Shown here in pieces: positions 58,725 to 64,000 of a stretch of DNA of 64,000 nucleotides. Position 1 is the stretch's first letter, and every line of letters starts with the position of its first letter. A program made the translations under genes and the position numbers. Source of the stretch: Armatimonadota bacterium. GTDB lineage: Bacteria; Armatimonadota; UBA5829; DSUL01. Location of the stretch: the NCBI GenBank assembly GCA_039811685.1, contig JBDHZC010000004.1:128001-192000 (forward strand), written 5' to 3'. A model generated the notes under the pieces. The model did no database searches, had not been told where the DNA came from, and saw only the letters and a program-made list of their open reading frames with translations.

Positions 58725-59705
58725 ATGCCCACAATGTCCATTAAGCAGGCTCTGAACGAGGCTTTGCGTGAAGAAATGCGCGCCGATCCGGATGTCTTCA
58801 TCATGGGAGAAGAGGTTGCGGAGTATCAGGGCGCATACAAAGTGACTGAGGGGCTGCTGGCCGAGTTTGGCTCCAAGCGTGTCATTGACACTCCGATCTC
58901 TGAGGAAGTTATTGTGGGCGCGGGAGTTGGCGCCGCGATGGCAGGACTCAAGCCTGTTGTCGAGATGATGACCATCAACTTCGCGTTGCTGGCACTGGAC
59001 CAGATCGTCAACCACGCCGCCAAGTACTATTATATGTCCGGCGGACAGTACAACATTCCTCTGGTTGTGCGCGCAGCAAGCGGGGTAGGGCTTCAGCTGG
59101 GAGCGCAGCACTCACAAAACTTTGAAAGCTGGTTTGTGCACGTTCCAGGTTTGAAAGTCGTGCTGCCCGCGACTTCACGCGACGCTAAGGGTCTGCTCAA
59201 ATCGGCTATCCGAGACCCGGACCCGGTGATCTTTCTTGAGCACGAACTCATTTATCTCAACAAGAGCGAAGTACCGGATGGGGATTTTACCGTCCCTTTG
59301 GGGGTAGCTGATGTAAAGCGCGAAGGAACCGACGTGACTATCATCACCTATTCCAGAATGGTATTGTTCGCGTTGAAAGCAGCGGAACGCCTGGCTAAGG
59401 AAGGGATATCCGTTGAAGTGATTGATCTGCGCACTTTGCGTCCGCTGGATACCCGGACGGTGATCGACAGTGTGAAGAAGACGCATCGCGCTGTGGTGGC
59501 CGAAGAGGACTGGCCGATGTGTGGCATGGGAGCGGAGCTTATCGCTCAGATTCAGCAGGAAGCCTTCGACTACCTGGATGCGCCTGTTGAGCGAGTCTCT
59601 GGAGTTGATGTCCCGATGCCCTACGCAAAGAATCTCGAAAAGATGGCAGTTCCTGGAGAGGAAGAGCTGTACAGCGCGGTCAAGAGGGTGATGCAGGGAG
59701 TTTGA
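58725..59705 (+). CDS. pdhB: Pyruvate dehydrogenase E1 beta (no lipoyl domain)
   Basis: GEEVAEYQGAYKVT, DTPISE, AQHSQ, DLRTLRPLD, DVPMPYA. Confidence 0.93.
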   Translation: MPTMSIKQALNEALREEMRADPDVFIMGEEVAEYQGAYKVTEGLLAEFGSKRVIDTPISEEVIVGAGVGAAMAGLKPVVEMMTINFALLALDQIVNHAAKYYYMSGGQYNIPLVVRAASGVGLQLGAQHSQNFESWFVHVPGLKVVLPATSRDAKGLLKSAIRDPDPVIFLEHELIYLNKSEVPDGDFTVPLGVADVKREGTDVTIITYSRMVLFALKAAERLAKEGISVEVIDLRTLRPLDTRTVIDSVKKTHRAVVAEEDWPMCGMGAELIAQIQQEAFDYLDAPVERVSGVDVPMPYAKNLEKMAVPGEEELYSAVKRVMQGV

Positions 59706-59706
59706 A

Positions 59707-60645
59707 ATGAGTCAGTCCGTCATTCCGCTTGAAGCATTGAGTCTGCGGCCGGAGCCGAAGGCCTCTCGTGCGGCTGGATGCGGAGGTGGCGGCTCCTCCG
59801 CTATTCCGGTCGGAAACAAACCCTCATGGATGCGGGCGCGCGCGGTGTCCTTTGATGTTTACGACCACATGAAAGGCGCGCTCGGAGAGTTGCACACTGT
59901 CTGCGAGTCCGCCCGTTGCCCAAATCTGGGTGAGTGTTGGACTCGTGGGACCGCCACGTTCATGATTATGGGTGACGTGTGCACCCGATCCTGCCGCTTC
60001 TGCGCAGTCAAGACTGGACGCCCAGAGCCCCTGGACCCTGGCGAGCCTAGCCGCCTCGCTGAAGCTGCGCGCAGGATGAAACTGCGGCATGTGGTTATCA
60101 CCTCTGTCACGCGCGATGAGCTGCCTGATGGAGGCGCTTCCCATTTTGCGTCCTGCATTCAGGCTGTTTACGAAGCGATTCCCGGCGTTACCGTTGAGGT
60201 GCTCACGCCGGACTTTAAGGGCGCGTGGAGCGGTGTGGAGACTGTTCTGAGAGCCAGGCCGGCTATCTATAACCACAATCTGGAAACCGTGCGGCGTCTG
60301 ACGAAAAAGGTGCGCGTTCAGGCGCGCTATGATCGCTCTCTGGACGTGCTGCGCATGGCCTTTGAGATCGATCCCACGATCCCGACGAAAAGCGGAATTA
60401 TGCTCGGCCTCGGAGAAGAACTGGAAGAGATTCTGGAAACACTTCAGGACATGCGCCGGGTGGGGGTCAGCATTCTGACTCTCGGGCAATATCTGCGCCC
60501 ATCTGAGGACCATCTGCCCATCGAGCGCTGGGTGACGCCTGAGGAGTTCGACTGGCTGAAAGACGAAGGCTACAAGATGGGTTTCCGTCACGTTGTCAGC
60601 GGACCACTTGTGCGCTCATCCTACCACGCGGAGGAAGCCGTATAG
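59707..60645 (+). CDS. lipA: Lipoyl synthase
   Basis: CX4CX5C (CESARCPNLGEC), radical SAM motif CTRSCRFC, RSSYHA. Confidence 0.97.
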   Translation: MSQSVIPLEALSLRPEPKASRAAGCGGGGSSAIPVGNKPSWMRARAVSFDVYDHMKGALGELHTVCESARCPNLGECWTRGTATFMIMGDVCTRSCRFCAVKTGRPEPLDPGEPSRLAEAARRMKLRHVVITSVTRDELPDGGASHFASCIQAVYEAIPGVTVEVLTPDFKGAWSGVETVLRARPAIYNHNLETVRRLTKKVRVQARYDRSLDVLRMAFEIDPTIPTKSGIMLGLGEELEEILETLQDMRRVGVSILTLGQYLRPSEDHLPIERWVTPEEFDWLKDEGYKMGFRHVVSGPLVRSSYHAEEAV

Positions 60646-60657
60646 CTTTGCGTCGTA

Positions 60658-61743
60658 GTGACGCAGTCTTTGCGAACGGGCGCCAGCCTATCTGAGCGTA
60701 ATGCAAGCAAAGCAGCGGCGCCCCTTTTCCGCTCTATGACATCTGCAGGAACAACGCGATGGTGGATCGGGATTCCGTGCTCCGGGGTCAGAGCGCTGGA
60801 AAGCGGCGAGCTGGCCGAGGTCGCTGCGCTTAGATCGCGTTTGCGGAGTCGCGGGTGGGTGTGGGTTGTCGCGATGATCTGCGTTTTTCCTCTCTCCGCT
60901 CTTGTCGCAGCCGCTTCCGATGGAGTTGCCGAGCGCTCGCAGGAAGTTGCTGACATCCTGACAGGCGTGGTTGTTGTGGCAAGTCTTGCGTTGTTTGCCG
61001 GGGCTATGCTTCGTGCCCGGCACCTTTTCCGCCTGGCGCGGACGCTTCATGCGGATGTGGGTGAAGCGACTGTTGAAGTGTACCAGCCAGAGGAGCCGTT
61101 TGCGAGCGCCTCTCTGCCGCGCCCGCTGCAAAGAATGCGGCTTCCTATGTTGAAGAGTGCCGAGGTCCTCCCTGCGTCCGGAGTCATCTGGCGGGTTAAC
61201 GGGGAAAGGACAGCGCATGAGCGGTGGTTGCAGCCGTCGACTGTCGTGGCGCGCACAGACGTAGCTGATGTCCCTGCTGGAGCGATGCTGGCGGCTGACT
61301 GGGTGCAGCCGTATGAAGACGAAGCCCTGCGCAACGTGTACCACAACAACCGCTTTCTCACGAACGAGGAATGCGCCGAAATCCAGCGCTATCGGCGTGG
61401 GCTATTGCGTTTCTCAGTTCCTGCCGCGGCTCTGCTGAGTTTGTGGGCCGGTGCGGTGGCAGTTATCTCTGGCTCCTTTCCACCGGCGCTCAAGGCAGAA
61501 GACCTCTTTCGATGGTGGCTGATTGCCGGGCTGGCTCTGTACCGGGACCTTGTACTCTTGCGGTGCCTGTTTTTGTCCTGGCAACTGGGCCGGGACGCCA
61601 ATTCAGGCTCTGTCGCAATATTGCGGACTAGACAAAGTGAAGGCAGCGACTCCCTGTCCGAGCCTCAGGAGAGACTGCCCTTTTCCGGCGTTCTCTGGAG
61701 CCTGAATGGCATTCCCGCTGAATGGCGATTACGCGTCAGGTAG
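60658..61743 (+). CDS. Hypothetical membrane protein with a two-fold internal repeat
   Basis: Long ORF filling the gap after lipA; about 4 hydrophobic segments; repeated E.LP.SGV.W..NG. Start uncertain. Confidence 0.65.
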   Translation: MTQSLRTGASLSERNASKAAAPLFRSMTSAGTTRWWIGIPCSGVRALESGELAEVAALRSRLRSRGWVWVVAMICVFPLSALVAAASDGVAERSQEVADILTGVVVVASLALFAGAMLRARHLFRLARTLHADVGEATVEVYQPEEPFASASLPRPLQRMRLPMLKSAEVLPASGVIWRVNGERTAHERWLQPSTVVARTDVADVPAGAMLAADWVQPYEDEALRNVYHNNRFLTNEECAEIQRYRRGLLRFSVPAAALLSLWAGAVAVISGSFPPALKAEDLFRWWLIAGLALYRDLVLLRCLFLSWQLGRDANSGSVAILRTRQSEGSDSLSEPQERLPFSGVLWSLNGIPAEWRLRVR

Positions 61744-61757
61744 GCCCGCGCACGCAA

Positions 61758-62219
61758 TCAATCGTGGTCGTGCGGCTTGTAGTTACCCACTTCAGGTCTG
61801 AAGCTTACAGACAGGCGGTTCCAGGTGTTGATTGATGTGATTGCCAAAGTTAGATCAACCAACTCTCTTTCCGAAAACTGCTCGCGCGCTTTTTCAAAAG
61901 CCTCATCCGGCACGCCGGTTTCAGAAACCAGGGTCACCGTCTCCGTCCACGCCAGCGCCGCTCGCTCCCTATCTGTGTAGAACGGGCACTCGTGCCAGGC
62001 TGGCAGACAGTACATGCGCTGCTCAGTCTCACCGAGTTCTTTGGCATCTTTTGTGTGCATGTCCAAACAGTACGCGCAGCCATTAATCTGAGAAGCGCGC
62101 ATTTTCACGAGTTCTCTGAGCTTGGGTTCAAGAGTGGTGGTGTGAAGATACTTTTCGACGGTTTGAAAAGCTGTCATTACTTCGGACGGGATCTTGTTGT
62201 AGGGAATTCGCGGTGACAT
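61758..62219 (-). CDS. Carboxymuconolactone decarboxylase/AhpD family protein
   Basis: ELVKMRASQINGCAYCLDMH, ERAAL, IN.WNR; AGGAG before ATG 62219. Confidence 0.9.
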   Translation of the reverse strand: MSPRIPYNKIPSEVMTAFQTVEKYLHTTTLEPKLRELVKMRASQINGCAYCLDMHTKDAKELGETEQRMYCLPAWHECPFYTDRERAALAWTETVTLVSETGVPDEAFEKAREQFSERELVDLTLAITSINTWNRLSVSFRPEVGNYKPHDHD

Positions 62220-62482
62220 GTTGGCTACTCCTGGTTTCCTCACAGTGGGAATTGTCGTGCACAGCTTGCCTGCGGCTCCTGAACATCTGGAGTGGCGTGT
62301 TTTCGCGGCGCCATCTTCCAGAGCTCAGGACAATGCAGCGCGCGCAGGGCCACACTCTGCACGCGACTGCTGCGCAATGAAGTATAGCCCATATCGGCCC
62401 CAGGTGAAACGTCTATCCGGCCTCTCCGGGGGCTCAGACAGGCGCCCGAGATGCCGGAAAAGGCCGGTCGAACTTTACCAGA

Positions 62483-63196
62483 CTACAGCGGCGTGACGTC
62501 CCATTCTGGCGGCCTGGAGTATTGCTGGCGTCTCAATTCAGTGTAGGAGAGACGTTTCCCGTGCCCGTCACAGTAGATAATGGTCGTCCCGTCCCAGTGC
62601 ACGTTGTCTGGATCGTCGTTCGCGTTGTTCTTCCAGAGGTAGAGGCCGTCGTTAATGGTCTTGCGGCTTTCGTGAATTATCATCATCACTCTCGCAGGGT
62701 CCACATCTGACAACGCCTAGTCGAGGTTACGGAGATGCAGTACGTCGTTGACACTGTAGGACAGCGCAAAATTGCGCGGCCTCCCATCAATCTGTTCGGC
62801 TGGTAGCCTTTTGTCGGTGGGGCACAGATAGATCCCCCTGCTTTTCGCGTAAGGCCACAGTGAGCCGTTCTCGGGGTAGACGAGTTTATGGGTATCTACT
62901 GAACCGCACCAGTTGGGCATTCTCTCCGGGTGGTAGGTGCCAGTGCTCGGCATCCGGCCATTGTTGTCGCTACAGTATTGGATAAAGCCCAGTGACAACT
63001 GCTTGAGATTGGACAGGCACTGAGTTTGCCGCCCCCGTTCGCGCGCTTGCGCAAAGACAGGGAAGAGAATCGCAGCGAGGATGGCAATGATTGCGATCAC
63101 CACCAGAAGTTCAATCAGTGTAAATCCGGAACGGATTTGCCGGATGCGCACCTGGAGGTGGTTCCAGGTGCGGCTGCGTCGACAGGACAGCTTCAT
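62483..63196 (-). pseudogene. Prepilin-type N-methylation/DUF1559/H-X9-DG protein interrupted by an in-frame TAG at 62719-62717
   Basis: [36 protein letters not shown]; after the TAG the same frame continues to HWDGTTIIYCDGH (H-X9-DG). Confidence 0.8.
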
Positions 63197-63434
63197 CAAA
63201 TCACCTTGCGTACATGCCAGATTCAGCAGCCCGTAACTGGCCGCTGATGTACTCCAAAAGCATAACACATCGCTGTCCGCAAAAGAAAGCCAATCAATAC
63301 ATTTTCTGAGGATGCGTGTCACTTTGTGTGGAAACGGTGCTGGTTTGCGCCTTTCCTTGGCACGTCGCCATTGCCATAACCTCGATTAGCTTCGGTAGGC
63401 TGTCCTGTTCGGTACGGTGCTTTTGAGAAATCCA

Positions 63435-63464
63435 TTGACAGAATCTGTCCCTGTGCGCTACCCT
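63435..63464 (+). promoter_or_regulatory. Putative promoter for the fucosidase
   Basis: TTGACA-18 bp-TACCCT; palindrome gacaga-a-tctgtc overlaps the -35 box. Confidence 0.45.
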
Positions 63465-63495
63465 TCGCAAAAGTCAATGCAAGTCAGGAGTCCAA

Positions 63496-64000
63496 ATGAA
63501 AACAGTGTTGTTCTTGGTGGTTGCGGCGGCGCTTCTGAGTGCCGGTGCGTTTGCTGAGACGGTGTCCATGCCCACGGATCTGATGAGCCGGACTCAGTGG
63601 TGGCGGGAAGCGCGCTTTGGGATGTTCATTCACTGGGGCATCTACTCGGTCCCTGCGGACTCAACCAATCTCAAGGGTGAGAAAGTCGCCGGGGAGTGGT
63701 ATCTCAACAACAAGCAGATGCAGGTTGCGGACTACGCAAGGTTCGCCCCCGAGTTCAACCCTGTCTCGTTCAATGCCAGGAAGTGGGTACGAGCAGCCAG
63801 GGACGCTGGCATGAAGTACATTGTCATCACCAGCAAACACCACGATGGCTTCTGCATGTTTGACTCTGCTCTGACTGACTACAGCATTACAAAAGCCACG
63901 CCCTTCAAGAAAGACCCTATGAAAGAACTGGCGGCAGAGTGCAAGAAGCAGGGGATCCGGCTGTGCTTCTATTACTCAATCATGGACTGGCATCACCCTG
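63496..64000 (+). CDS. Secreted alpha-L-fucosidase (GH29), truncated by the window end
   Basis: AGGAG RBS; MKTVLFLVVAAALLSAGAFA signal peptide; WWREARFGMFIHWG, EWY, TSKHHDGFCMFDS, FYYSIMDWHH. Not in the supplied ORF track. Confidence 0.93.
   Translation, partial: MKTVLFLVVAAALLSAGAFAETVSMPTDLMSRTQWWREARFGMFIHWGIYSVPADSTNLKGEKVAGEWYLNNKQMQVADYARFAPEFNPVSFNARKWVRAARDAGMKYIVITSKHHDGFCMFDSALTDYSITKATPFKKDPMKELAAECKKQGIRLCFYYSIMDWHHP

Noticed and set aside
1..64000. CRISPR arrays, tRNA/rRNA genes, integrases, transposases, prophage or defence genes
   Set aside because: No regularly spaced repeats, cloverleaf signatures or matching ORFs were seen by eye; tRNAscan and CRISPR finders were not run

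Overview
GC-rich bacterial chromosome segment that is mostly housekeeping. It is probably from Armatimonadota. This is an inference from the pilin-like DUF1559/H-X9-DG gene, a PEP-CTERM-like peptide, and a Terrabacteria-type dcw cluster sitting beside an Mla system. 0.3-20 kb: complete dcw cluster (mraZ-rsmH-ftsL-ftsI-murE-murF-mraY-murD-ftsW-murG-murC-murB-ddl-ftsQ-DUF881-sbp-ftsA-ftsZ). 20-40 kb: dsbD, a cysteine desulfurase, mlaEFD, rplI, dnaB and purD-B-S-Q-L-F-M-N-H, with a ZTP riboswitch before purH. 40-52 kb (accessory): a REPIN-like inverted repeat, a sulfatase, two paralogous secreted glycine-rich proteins, a double DUF1080 protein, an oxidoreductase plus GT2 and GT4, a minimal PEP-CTERM-like protein and a methyltransferase remnant. 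52-61 kb: a complex I operon holding only the soluble subunits nuoB-nuoCD-nuoG-nuoI (no A, E, F, H or J-N), followed by pdhA-pdhB-lipA with no E2/E3. 61-64 kb: a duplicated-domain membrane protein, an AhpD-like gene, a pilin-like gene split by an in-frame TAG, and the start of a GH29 fucosidase. All calls come from reading motifs by eye; no searches were run. No tRNA, rRNA, CRISPR array or transposase was seen.
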